A DNA stretch of 64,000 nt from assembly GCA_002633005.1 (NCBI GenBank), contig NMRA01000019.1, positions 522,343 to 586,342 of the forward strand. Direction: 5' to 3'. Below are positions 36,960-50,713 of this stretch, piece by piece. Under the pieces are notes generated by a model. It searched no databases. It was not told where the DNA came from and saw nothing but the letters and a program-made list of their open reading frames with translations. Both the position numbers and the translations under genes were made by a program. Position 1 is the first letter of the stretch. Each line of letters begins with the position of its first letter. Source of the DNA: Phoronis australis (lineage: Eukaryota > Animalia > Phoronida).

Positions 36960-39900
36960 GCAAGCCAAGAGCAACAACAATTTATAGACACTTGTTTGGG
37001 CACAAGAGTAGAACGGAAAAGTCAGAAACAATTTCGAGTACAAAGCCCTGGTCGTCTCTTATGATGCTGCGGTACACGTTTACGACCATTGAGATAGATT
37101 ATATATACCTCATTGTTTAGGTGGCACTGACAAGACCGCGGCCGCGGCCAATATTAAAATCCAGGGGTAGGCCAGGTTTGGGGGCATTTTTAGTTAGGTA
37201 TTGCATGTAGACCATGTGAATGTGGTTTGTTTGCATTTGTGGACATGCTGAGAATAAAAAAAGACCACTTGCTCCGCTGTAGCTGCACTCTTCTTCAAGA
37301 TGGCGGCCTCCTGTTACAATTGTGCATCGCTGGGTAGCGACTGAGAAATTGGCCGCGATTTGTTTACCTGGTCCCGGAAACTCCATTCGTCTGTAGTTGA
37401 AACTGTACAGGGAACATTTTACTATACCAAGGAACTAATCATGTTAAAAACAATGGAAAGCACATAGGGACACATCTATAAATTCGAGCTGACATATTTG
37501 ATAGAATTTCATTCAAACAATCCGACTGAGAAAGAGGGTGTTAAGTGTGTGAACCGTTTTCTTCCGTGTGACCAATACCATGCAAACTCATGAAAGATGA
37601 CGTCGCTTTCGTAAAATGTATAAATGGTACATTTCTCGCGTGTGCATTCAACGTAAATTGTAACAATTACATAAAATGTAACAATTTGTTACATTTAAGG
37701 AGAGACCTAGCAACGTAAAATGTAACAACGTATCAACGCTCCAAGTGGAGCAAGTTGCACTTGGGCAGGTTGTTTCAGGATAAATCTGTATGTGGGCGGT
37801 ATTTTAGAGTATTCTGTTTAATACTAATATAATCGCCTTTTATGTGTGATTAATCTAATGCTCGAATGGCCGTCACCATTGTAGCTCACTTCCGGGCTCA
37901 CCTCAAACAATTCAAATTTAGTTGAAAAATGTATGCAATAACAGGCTCCCTCGAAAAATGTGCAGCCTTTATGTATACAGGAGCTATAAAGTGTGGGGAA
38001 TGTTAATAGCAAAAAATAAAACAATGTAATCGAGGGGTAAAAACCTTACCTGTTTCGTGGCCAGGATGACTGAAAGCAATCGTGAAAATTTTCAACAATT
38101 TGAGCGCCCTTTGAGTGCTCGTTCTTCGTGAACTTGTGTCTCTCAGGCCACCCTTCTTAGTGCACTGCTTGGACGTTATGTGAAGATGTTACTGTTTTGC
38201 AATTGGAAGTGCTACTAATTCGATCATATTGTTTTATTACCAAATGCAAGCTTGGAGCTTGGAGTTTGTGGTAATACTTAGAACTTCAACCGCAAGTGAG
38301 TGCCTTCAATTTTAAAACGGAATGGAAGTGGTTAAGATCCCAGCTATTCCTGACCCACAACCTCACGCAGTCAGGCTGGGGGGGGGGGGGGGGNGGTATT
38401 GATGCGAACCTCGTTCCCATCTACGCGTGCATGTTTCCATTTGGGTAATCTCATTTTGGTGAGGAGGAGACCATTATATTTAACTTTCTCCCTATACGAG
38501 TTCATGGCCTGTGATACTAAGTATGACAAATAAGCTAGTAAACACGTGATGAATAGACAATGTAATGTTTTTTCATTGTCAGTAAATGTATAAAAAAGAC
38601 TATCTCGGATGTAACATTATTCTAAATCCTAGAGAGAACGGATAAAAATATTGCACATTCGAGATTCTTTCTTGTGATCAGTTCTACAACGAAAAACAAT
38701 TCGTTTGGCCGTTTACCGCCTGTATCTTATATTCAACTCTTCTCAAAACAATAAATAAATAAATAACATTTTCTTCAACACAGTGATGCGCAAATGAGAA
38801 ATTATTCTGCTTATCCACTAACGCCTCTGGTCTGTCCTAGTTCGGCGCTTATTCTCCTCTGCTATGTCTTGCTTGTTGAGCTAAATAAAAAAGAGTTGGA
38901 ATGTCCATGTTCACTTTCAGATGTTCATTCACGTCGGGTTCAGTGCGTTCGGGTTCGAACACTTGAATTCTGGACGTCGGCAACTTGCCGTCAAAGTCAC
39001 TGGCGTCATGGGAGATGGTGTCCCTTCTTGAAACGAGGCTCAGAGCCCGTTCTAGTGGTGTTCGTCCCTGACTGTTTCCCACCAATCGTTTCGTACCAAC
39101 TGCTCGCGGACGTGAGCACGGCGTTCCAGGAGGTAACCACCCGCAGAATCCTTTACGTGTCCAAGATCCGGCAATAGCCAGAGAGGAAAGTTCACACAAT
39201 ACAACCAAAGCGAACACCGACGAAAGATGGAATTTTGTTATATCTGAAAAATAAAATGTGGATTTTGGGAAACTTCTTACAGTAAACATGACGAAAAAAG
39301 AGAAATAGGACATTTCAAAAACCATGACTAAAAATTATGACGTGATAAGCATATTTAAAGTCGTGTTGGCGTACATTTCCGTGTTTAATTCACGGAAGTG
39401 ACACATGTTACGGTATATTATAAATTAATGGGTTGAGGCTAACTTAATTATTCCAAAAATAATTAACATAACTTGCTACGAGCTCTTTATCCTCTGATTG
39501 AAACAAGCAATAGAGACAATCACCTAATTATTTCCGTCATGAATTACCTTTGCATCAAAGGTTATATCGTATTTCATTAGACAAACGGTTGAACACGTCT
39601 GAGTACATGTAAATGACTTCTAAACTAGGCACAATATAGACCTATATTAATTGTACATATATGTTAGTGTACGCAGGCTGAGTGTTTAGTCCAATGCCGT
39701 TTTGATGGAAACAAACTCCGATCCATTGTATTTCATGATATTGGAACTGCCGTAAACGATCATTAGTTTTATGAAGGGTGTATGGCGATAAAATGATTTT
39801 CAGAAAATCATAATCAAAACCGCTTAAAGGTTTTCCTACTGAATTCATTTTGTGGAAACCGACATTATGCAGTATGTAAAATCTTGTCGTTTGATACAGC

Positions 39901-40033
39901 TGTGGTGATAAAATTTTAAAGTCATGAAATTTCCTGCTCAATTGGTCAGGTTGAGTCACTTTGTAGCTTTGAAAGTGTCCAACAAGGAACTCCTTGTTAC
40001 GACCATTTACATGGTAAGTGGAAATACCCAGCG

Positions 40034-41278
40034 TGTTCCATCGAAATTGGAATCTCGATGTAAAACGGATATCCCGAAGTCGAAAACATATCTCCGCACC
40101 TTCAAAACAGCTAATAAGCCCGAAAAACACGAACCCCGACCTTTAAAACGGGAACCCCGGGGATCGGCTAGGAAACCTGGACAAATTTTCTGAGACGACG
40201 TCAGTAGCTCAAAATTTGATTTCAAGCATATTGAAGTACTTTCCAGCTGTTTTCTACATTTTTTTGTTAAAAATTGTCAATAATTAAACGTAATTATTAT
40301 TATATTGACTTGATTTTTATAAGTAAAACTTGTGCAACTTATCTGTGGGCGAATTTCAACATGATCAATACTCTCAACACGTTATCTCGGTCAATTTTAT
40401 TCAATAGTTTCTCCGAAAAATATTTTCAAAAATGAAAGCAAACATATTATTTCGACTTTCGATTGCCATTATTGATTAATTCTTTTAAATATCTTTACAA
40501 TTGGCCGCATTTTAAGGATCGTCGAATTACTTGTCGAGAGTACATTATTTCCCGCACAATCAATTTCCGGATTTTAAAAAGGACCGCGACAATTACACAC
40601 CCAAAAGTCCAGCACCGTCACCAGTTCCACAGTTCTTGCCCTAAAAAAGTGTACTTCAACTCCTCATGGGTCATCAAAAAGGAATTTGGAATCGGAATTC
40701 ATGAACTCAATGCATTCAGACTCTTTTTGACGGATCACTGCTGCAAAATCTGTTCAGAAATTCGGTTTGCTGTTATTAAAGTCCTAAAAACTTGTTACGA
40801 AATGGAACCAGTTCCGATAAACTGTTGTGCCATGTATGCAACCTCGTGGAAGAAGGACAGTTGATTAAAACTGGCCAATAGGTGACGCAATATTTTATAG
40901 CGCCGAAAGCCGACGCAGAAGATGGCACTACAACAGTTAATTTAGCAGCAGAATAACGGTAGATCGTCAATCAGTCAAAAGTTGCCTAAAATTTGTACAT
41001 AGTAAAACAACATATCACAACCATTTAAAGTAGGAAGGTTTATTTTTGCATTAAAATGTGAAATTCATACATTTCTCATGAATACACACCGCTTTAAAGA
41101 TACTAAGGTACTGGGAGTGGTGTTTCGGTCCCCGGGTGTCCTGTCCGATCCCCGGGGTTCCTGTTTTAATGGCCGGGGTTCGTGTTTTTCGGGCTGGTTT
41201 ACTTTTTCGAAGGTGCGGGAGTCTGTTTTCGACTGTGGGATATCTGTTTTACACCGGGGGTCCAATTTCGATGGAACA
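40034..41278. mobile_element. Element with ~150-bp imperfect terminal inverted repeats
   Basis: 40034-40181 is inverted at about 41128-41278; the outer 18 bp tgttccatcgaaattgga are perfect; no clear TSD. Confidence 0.7.
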
Positions 41279-44200
41279 TCTTGATACAGTAGCAAATATT
41301 TTGCTTTGCTTCAAAGACAAATTAGACGAAAACGAATGCAAAATTTCTCCGAGTTTGTAAAAAATTCTCAGGCCATTTTTAACAGGTTTAATGGAAGTTC
41401 TGTGTAGGAAGCTTGTGTGAAAAAGTTTTTTAGGTTTTAATCCCCACGAAAGACTTTTACTGGATAAATATTCGACATACAACACTTTGAACAGCAGTCT
41501 TTTTAAAGCAGAATAGAATACGAAACCGATTGTGAGAGGTTCTGCTGCAAATGTGGACCACTTTAGTTTGCATATTTCCTAACTAAAATAGGCATTTTTA
41601 CGAGGAAACGAAGTCCGTAAAGCACCCCTTCACAGGAAATACAGCGGCACGTACCTTACACGTCGATATTTTACACAGGAGAACGCTAGGAGATAATACA
41701 TTCGGGAATATACCGCGGACATGACGACGTAATGAACGCTAGTACACTTAATTAGACATTGGACATTTCTTAATTGACCACTCGTTGATTAGTTAATTTC
41801 TCCTACGGAAAATGTTGATAATCCCATCAGTCGTACATTGAGCAGTTCATTAATCGTGTTCTAATACACACATAGTGGATTTCAGTTCGTCCGCGCGTTG
41901 TCAGTGACATAAAAAAATATTCGTGACGTTGCTGTATTAGGTAAGAGTTCATACGTGTGCGGAAAACTACTCAAAACGAAAATGCAATTGTCGTGAGGTA
42001 TGTCCATCAAAATGCAAATGATACCTTCTGCTTAATGATAAATGATAAAATTCTTATTGTCTTTGCAAGGAATATTTCGTAAATTATAACTTATAGTAAG
42101 ACAATTAAAAGGACACTGTGCTTGCTTTGAACACACATGTTCAGGCATGCTACAACATTGACAATTTCCAGTGAGGTTTATGTTTTCAATAACTTATTAA
42201 TGTAATGTGTATTTCTTAAGGTTCGGTGTAACTCAAAGCGAATATGAATTGCACTATGTGTAGCCATCTTAACATGGAAGTGATCAAATCTCCCATCGCA
42301 GCCTTTCAAAGACGCCTAATCGTTTATATTCGAACATAATTGCAAACAACGACAGATACAATACTTTACCACGTAAGAATCAGTTACATCTCTTCCTGGT
42401 TACATGTACTTAATGGCACACGCTGTTTTAGGGCCAAAAACGCATTTTTAGGATTGACTTGCTTTTGTTGTTAGCTATGACCAGAGCTGTAAAACAATAA
42501 AATCCTTTGTTTTTGTGATTTTATTACAAGTCACCGTTGGCTGCTAGTCATTCGCTGGAATCCACTAAATACCAGCTAAATGCGCAATAATTCATCCATT
42601 TACCGAGTAACGCTTGAGCTATGCCAACACAGTTTTGGACTGAGGCCATGGTGTTTTGAGTTCGATTCCCCCTAAAGCATGGTCTCTGAGAAAACTCTTG
42701 TCTGAGCGATAAAGTCACTACAAAAGAAATTAGTGTTTTTATAGAATTCGAACTTTTCAGTTTGGCCGAGTTCCAAGAAAATTACACGCCTGTTTCGGCG
42801 AGTGTAACCAAAGACAGCTACCGAGAAGTCCATTGCGCAACAAAGAATTCTCTTATAGTCGCGATCGTTGTGCGCGGGTTATTTGTTTATTCAGTTGCAT
42901 AGTGGTCAGCTTGTCAAGTCCAACTTTTATGATGCCGCCTTCTTTTAGTAAACAAAAGTAATAAACTTTGTACGGAGCTTACTCACTTTTAACTGGAAAG
43001 CGACAACTGTTTGTCCTAAACATAGTCGGAATTTGATGCAGATTAAATGCACGCGGCGACACTTGTTTTGGTGTTCGAGAGGGTTCGACAAAATTTGACC
43101 TCGCCCAACACGTAAATGAGCCGTTCAAAAAAATAAATGTTGATGTAATGCCTAACAATGAGACAACTACGAACTATTTTGACAAGTACAACTGCAGTGC
43201 ACAGAATCAAAGAGATTTTTGAACAGCGGCTGACTGAAAATCTCCACACTAGAGCCGAAGTGTGCAAAATTACAAGATGCCTATCGAGGGCTTTCATTGA
43301 CTAGAGTTCGTGACCATTGCGTACTGATTTGACCATTGTCGGGCTCGTACCCGTTGCATACAAATTTGCGCCACGATAATAATGTTGTCTCCAAGGCAAT
43401 GGCTACCACACGGTTATTTATCTAGAGAAATACACGTACATCAAGTCAACTTTTCGCGTCTGTTGTCATTTTTAAGATAAGGGACTTGTGACGAAAGAGT
43501 AAAGGTAAAAGTAACGACTACCCTCGCTGTTTCAGTTCCGCTTCAGAGCTGCATCGTATAGCGGCCATAGAACTGACTATACTGCACGCGGCATATTGAT
43601 GTCTCAAGAAATGAAACTATAAAATTGAATACCCATTGCTGATTTAGAAGAAAGAAACAGAAACTCTGTAAAAAATAAAGTATGGCAACTCTGTAAAAAA
43701 TAAAGTATGGCAATACGTTTTCAACAGACACCAAAGTGAATAATCGCAACAGACAGTATTATTCAAAAGTACTTACAGTTCATAACTTTGATTTATAAAT
43801 TCTCTTGTACAATGTTTAGTGTCCAAACTCTCCTTGCACTAAGCCCAAAACAAAACGTCGCTGGCTTTTATCACGAATGGCCCAAACATGCGTGCGGGGG
43901 AGGTTACACCAGGAAGAACAATGAGTGTCGCAATACACTGTGAGCATTGAAATAGTGTACGGTAACCAATATCAAAGCCGCAAAACTCACATGCATTCTG
44001 ATTGGTCATTAAGCCCTGCGCGTGCATCATTCTTCTGCGTTACAAGTTGTTGATACTCTCGGGTAAAACACCTACGAGTGCTACGGAAGACCGCAAAAAT
44101 CAAATACTCACCTCAAAATGAGCCTCGGGGAATATTAATTCTATAACTTTCTTTCATTTTATTAAATTAGGGATTACTCCGTGCATTAGAATCCTCTGGA

Positions 44201-46858
44201 TAAGACGCGTTAGTTGCTCACTTTTTGAAAAAAGAAAATCCACCCGAGACGAGCAGATACTGGATTATTTCCTGTTTACTCACAGCTTGACAAACCATGG
44301 CGTTTCAAACCTTGCTTGTCCTTGTGTGCGTGCATTTGTACAGCTTTTTAGAATAAAAACACGAGATATTGGCTGAAATTGATACGGGTGGGCGTTTTTT
44401 TTTTTAGTTGATTAGTGCAGGTAGAGACCAGGCGTGCTTTCCGTAGAGGCGAGAATGTCGCGAAAACGTAAGAACACGCAAGATTTCACGAGATATGGCC
44501 ATGTATTACAAGTCTAACATTGCTATTTCCCTTTGAAAAGGGTAAAAGTTTACATATAGTTTTGAGAAGTGAAAACTATGCATAAAGGCTTCTGATTGAA
44601 GTGTTTCCAGTATTGAAAGAACCGGTTTCTCAGTGCTCGCTGATCGGATAACCATGTATAGAACGACCAGAAACAAAATACAAAAATACGTGATATAAAT
44701 CCGGTGGTACCATACCGCGGGTACCAGACGGTACCACCGAATTGTGTTAGTTTATATGCTGTTCATTGTTGTTGTTGTCCCGGAGAATACTCTGGGTGTT
44801 ATTAGCAAGGTGTTGCTCAGATGGGGAACTTTTTTCAACAAGTCTTCCCACGAGAATGTGATTTTTCTTGTACAATTTCTTACAAAACGGTTCATTTTGG
44901 GAGTTAGAAGCTACAAGTGTTCATTTTCCAACTACACATACTTACAGAAGTGTTTTCAATAGTATCTATATGCTTGAAACTTTGGTTGCTAAAGATGTAT
45001 TCAATTTTGATAACACAGCATCTCTTCTCATAATGTTCCAGTATTAACAAAGCGTCTATTCAAGAATTCCAGCAAAAGGGTTAGGTTAATGAAATTAACC
45101 ACTTAAATTTCCGACAATTCCCCCGTGTCGAGTACTGGTCTCTGTCTTATACCTCAGATAGACTCTGAGCTTATACTTGCAGTGTTGGCTCTGTGTAGCG
45201 GCTAAGACATCTGATTGGCCAGAAAGGCGGAAACTGTCATCAACAACCAATCAGGTGTCTTAGACGACTGACCCAACAAAGTTGGCGAAGTCGATCAAGC
45301 ACGTGACCTACTTGGGAAATTTTCAGCAAGCTAGACAAATATCTGTGCATAATATATTGTTCTTTTTTGTTTGGCTCAAACGTGTCGAAGAAAGTGACAA
45401 AGAAACGCGTTTTCGTACCTCCACGGAAGAACAGGAGAGTTCAGGTTAGGCACCTTCCAAAGCCGACATTCGGAAGGACTTATTTGCCACCAAGAATCAA
45501 GTTTCTTTAATAATTCCTTAGCAGACTCATAAAACTATATTTTTAAACTCCGCGATGATCACAAAATCTTTTTATGATCTGAAAGATATCCAAATGTTCG
45601 TAATCATGTGACTGAGTTTTTTATAAGGATCTGGATTTTTCACGTGATCGGCGCAATTTCCACAAACATGGTTTTTTACGGAACTTGCAAATTCTATTGT
45701 TTTTTGCATTGGTGGGATTTTCTTTTAAGCCCTTTTAGATCGAAAATCCCGCAGCCAACAATGATGACGTAACATTTTTGTAAGTTCAGAGAAACGTAAT
45801 CACGCAGTTATGAATATTTGGGCATGTTTTCATGAATATAAGATACTTTGACCATCATATATAATTTGATAGGTCTACTATACTACTTTAGATTTAATAG
45901 CTTGTAACGAAGGTATCCTAGTGCCTTAACAACGGTAGCTGCAATGTCATGAGAGTCGGGTGAAGAGGCGCTCCAGGCCGCGGTACATCGAAAGAGGAGC
46001 GGCATCGGGAGGAGTGGCCCAATTAAACAATGAAAACGGTATGAAAACTGCTAATGACCATGAGGTGACACGCTGGCACAAGCGACCACCGCCGGGTGTC
46101 GGCACAAAACTGGTGATTTTACTGGCTGGAGTACGGAGGCGTAATGAAACTGGGGGCGACGGGGGTGTGGAAATTGGTTGCGACCGGGAGGAGGCGTGGG
46201 TACGCGGCATTGTTCTTAACAGGCGGCGGCGATAATCGTATTCACTGGTTGACTCATCTAAACATTGAATTTAGGTGGGGCTCGAACAACAAAATTGTCA
46301 TAATTCACAAAACCTAATTTCACCGAACATAGTAAGATGATATTACAGCTATCACAGTGTAAGCTCGCCACCATGGCACCTGACCAAAAATGTTGCCGTA
46401 AAACTGAGTGCAGTATGTAGATGTCTTTAAAATTGTACCGCATGTACCCTTTCCTAGCACCCTTGGGCATTCTGAGAAGTCAACTTGCGGAGTACATGTA
46501 AGTGCACGCCTCCCACGAGATCTCATGAAGTAAAACATCGAAGCGGTTTTTCAGTGAACAATTTATCGGTATAGTCGTGGGAATTCGTTAAATATTTTGA
46601 CACGCTTATACCAATAAAGAAAAAAATGACTAGCATAGAATGCCGGAGTGTGATAGTGTAGAAGAGGTTCCCGTATTATTTACGAATTCTACAACTGGTC
46701 CTAAAGTAGACCTTTTCAGTTAGGTTTTGAGACTGTGTCGAAGGAATCCTTTAATGATTGACTTCATGCAAAAGGCACTGAAGGAGGCAACCAAAGAAAT
46801 CTTCGATCTGGAGTGCTGATGTTCCAGAAAATGCACTCGCCCACATGGCGCAGGTGGT

Positions 46859-47136
46859 GATTTGGAACATACGCCAAGGCACCTCGAACAACACAGCTCA
46901 CGCACTCATGAACACTGGTAGCTCCTAACTCATGAACACGGCTCACGGAGCCTTCGCTGAATCCAGAACGTGCTTCCTGGTCACGTGAGTAAGTGAGCCG
47001 TGTTTTTGAGTGTGTAAGCAGTGTTTTGTGTGAGACCGTATTTATGAGTGAGTGAGTTGAGTTTCCAGGTTCCCAAATCATGTTCATTAGTGCGTGAGCT
47101 GTGTTGTTCGGATAACATGCATGTGTTCGCCAAATC
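46859..47136. mobile_element. MITE
   Basis: cgaacaacacagctcacgcactcatgaaca (46885) vs tgttcattagtgcgtgagctgtgttgttcg (to 47110), 29/30 inverted; outer gatttgg/ccaaatc. Confidence 0.75.
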
Positions 47137-50040
47137 TGATTTTATTTGTTACTAATCCAAGCTCAAACTAGTACCTAGAGGATAGGCTGCTCTGATTTAT
47201 TATTGCTTCTGATTGGTTATGAAAAATGAATAATGAGTTGCGGGCATATGGCATTATGACAAGGGAAAAATTACGTAGCCAGTGATTCACGAATCTCTTC
47301 GGATTTAATCCTACAATCTGCCAATGGTGACCAAGGGCGAGGCTAACCATTGTTGACCATGCAAAACCATCTCAGACATATTTATGTTAACAAAAGTTTT
47401 GACGATGGAATAATACGCGGAAACAAAAAGTGACATGAAGAAATCCATATTTCTGGTTGAAGAAGTGCCAGGCGAGCTTTATTAGAAATCCTTGGTACAG
47501 TAACAACGAACTTTTTATTTTAGTTCTTCATTTTGTCGTAGACACACGTGCGTATTTGCGTATATGGTTGCTACGCCCCTCAGTGGTATTTTGTTTGTAA
47601 AAAATGAAAGGTTTGACCTCATGTGAACAGACTCCAAAAAAGAATATTTTAAGCGCGAATTCGTGTAAAAAATTTCGTTCAAAACAAAACGACACTTTTG
47701 TCCAGGTGCCTTTTGCAGCCGTGGTTCACATGTTACTAGCATAAATCGCATATACGCACGCGTATCAACATACATGTACACGCGTGCATGCATACTACAG
47801 TTAAATGTACGGATCCACATTGGGCACATACACGCGGTCGTTGTCGTTGTTATGAATATTATAGCAATGTCGCAATGCAACCATTAGAACAAATTATTTT
47901 TGTGAGCTAACCGACATCTGACTGCGAAAATGCAAATCAATCTTAGTTTTTACTTAAGCGTAAGTTATTTTTATAAGGAGCAATTTCCACCATCATCACC
48001 CATTACTGTCACTAGTCACCAACACGCGCGCCTCACAACAATTAATAAATCCCATCTATATGCAGATTAAGTTTCTAGTGTAAAGTGGTTGCAATTAGCA
48101 AGCACCTGCGACGAACGAAAACAGTCAAAATTACTTTTAACAGATATGTGTCGAGTTTCACGTGGATAGCGCATGCTGTATCGATATCGAATGGATTTTA
48201 GCCGCATAAACCGCGACGCGCACCAAGCTTTCAAAGATCTGGGTGTGGTAATGAAGCGCGGAAGGTGATAGGAGAGATCACATAACTCAACTGAAACATC
48301 GTTGCACAATCACGTACACCGCACTTAGGACACACCTGAGTCAAATATTACCTTAAGACGATATCGTTGGCTGCGTTCCACAGACGCAAGGAACTAGTGA
48401 AATGTAAGATAACGGAAATCTTTACGCGACGTCGCCTTGCGAAGCAACTCATCACACTAGCTTTTCTCGCTATTGTCTTGTGTCCACGGAACGCACCCTG
48501 GTTCTTACTACAGGGCATCCCGTGGTGTAAAATTCACGTGCACCTTGGAGGCACTGAACAGTTTTCACAGGGGTTTGCCTGTCAGAACACACGTCAATGG
48601 ACTCTTCTGTCAAAAACTGCATGCAAATAAAGAAAAGTTTTGAGTCATTTCACATCACAAGCCCTACGGATGAGCACAGAAACTTTATTCTCTCTTGTAT
48701 TTTTGACCCTTTCACTCCCAGTGGAAACCAAGTCAGACTAAGAAAAATAAGGGCAAAAAATGCAAAATCGGCACTTTTCACCACAAAACCACCACTTCCT
48801 TGTCGATGCTCGACTAAAGCCAATATTAGATTCCAAAAGCAAATTTCCTACAAAAATGTGGTCCAAAACTACTGTCAACCAACTAGTTTTTTTGCAAATC
48901 TGGCTTGTTTGAGGGCTACCTGAAATCGCGGCCAATTTCTCAGTTGCTACACAGCAATGCACAATTGCTACAGGGGAGCCACCATCTTAAAGAAGAGTGT
49001 AGCTACAGCCGAGAAAGTGGCTTTTTTCATTCTCTTTGCTGTAGCTGAAATTCCATGAATCAATTTCCGTTTGCGACTGCGTATCTATGGTCAAACCATG
49101 AATACTCGATCAAAGTTTCACAGCTTCGTAAAATCTCGGGGTGAGGTACCGACATGCCTGCAGCAAAGATTTCAGAATTTCTGATGTCTGGTTTCTGGCC
49201 GCCTGAGCTCGGATAACCAGATTTAGTCAGTTTTTGTTCGTATTTCACGTAAAGAAACATTTTTGAATTTGTAAATGGGCCAGCTATAAATTTAGTGCCA
49301 CTTTGACCACAATTTTTTGCTCCGGTCCTCTGCCGCGCGGCCGGGCGTAATGTGCAATTTAAGTGTCTCAATTATTTTGAAAAATTTTACCCGATGTAAG
49401 TCCTTACAATAAACATTCACGAGACTAAGCATAATTTGAGCTCTAAAATGAAACATCATGCACTTAGGCCAACATTTAAGAAATTATCAATGGTTTTTCT
49501 TTTTTGATGTATATTACCTCAAAGTTCTGACTGGGCCAGGGAGAAAGTCGCACTTTTATACTTATTTTCATTAAAACGTTTACATCCGTTCGTCGACAAA
49601 GTTATATCTAAGTCGTATCATCAGAAATCCAATGATCTTTTTATGTGCCATGATAACATAAGGAGAAAATGATAAACATTTTTGCTGATTGAGGCCTTTA
49701 ACCGTTATGAAATTCTTCTCAACTTGTTCTTTTAATTAGCGATTTCTGGGTTTAGAGAGGGTAGAGTTCAGTAACTTTAGGACTTCGCTTCACTTCATTT
49801 TAGATAAAAATTTCAGACACGGATTTTAACGCAAGTCAGTTTAGTCGAAACTTAAAGGCACAAATAATGCTTATTCAAGACAACTTCAAATATTTTCCAG
49901 CTTACCTGAATTTAATATGAATTGTTTGTTTTAATTTTTCTTTTTGGTGATGCACGACCACCTAAAATCACCGCCTTAGTGAATAACAGCTGACTCATGC
50001 ATTATGGGTATTCATTCAACTGCGCATGCCTCCATAGTCA

Positions 50041-50713
50041 CTCGCTGGTTCCCTGCGTGTCCGCTAGGGGCTAGGGAACACTCGGGTATCATTCAGCAGC
50101 ACACGTTTTATGACTGGTTGATGTTACCTCAGCAGTCATTGGTTAGCTTTACAACAAAGAAAGAAAATGGCGGACTGTGAACGATTTTTGGCATTGTCAA
50201 CATCTTTGCGAACCAAGTTTTCTCTCTAGTGCAAATATTTCGTTTCTGCTGTACTGGTTAATTAATAGCTGCGTGGCCGATTTAACTGGTGTGTTATTCA
50301 TACTGTGTGAATACAGGACAGCAACGTAAAACAAAAGTCAGCGACAGTAGAAAAATGCACACCGAAAAGGCACAACCACTACTTTCCGATTCACATTTCT
50401 TGAACATATCCCAACTAAGCACCGATTTGTCTGTACAACAGGCCACAAACCATATCCACATTCATTTTATACTTCCTCCATCAGTCCACAGGCGCTTGAG
50501 TTTATCGATCCCCACTGACATCACTCACTACTAATATATGGTTATGAGTCATCGGGGAATTTGCCTGCCTGTGCATCAGTCATGCTAGTTTGTTTACCAG
50601 AGTAAAGGGCTACTTGTTGACAATTTGACCAGTCAATCAGACACACAGGTGTAAAAAAAATTTCGAAGAAAATTGAATGACACCCCCTAGCAGACACGTG
50701 GGGAACCAGCGAG
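50041..50713. mobile_element. MITE with 30-bp TIRs
   Basis: ctcgctggttccctgcgtgtccgctagggg vs cccctagcagacacgtggggaaccagcgag (27/30 inverted). Confidence 0.75.

Noticed and set aside
39924-41295. Paralogous ORF pair (PEKHEPRPLK) on opposite strands
   Set aside because: The similarity comes from the ~150-bp terminal inverted repeats, not from coding conservation.
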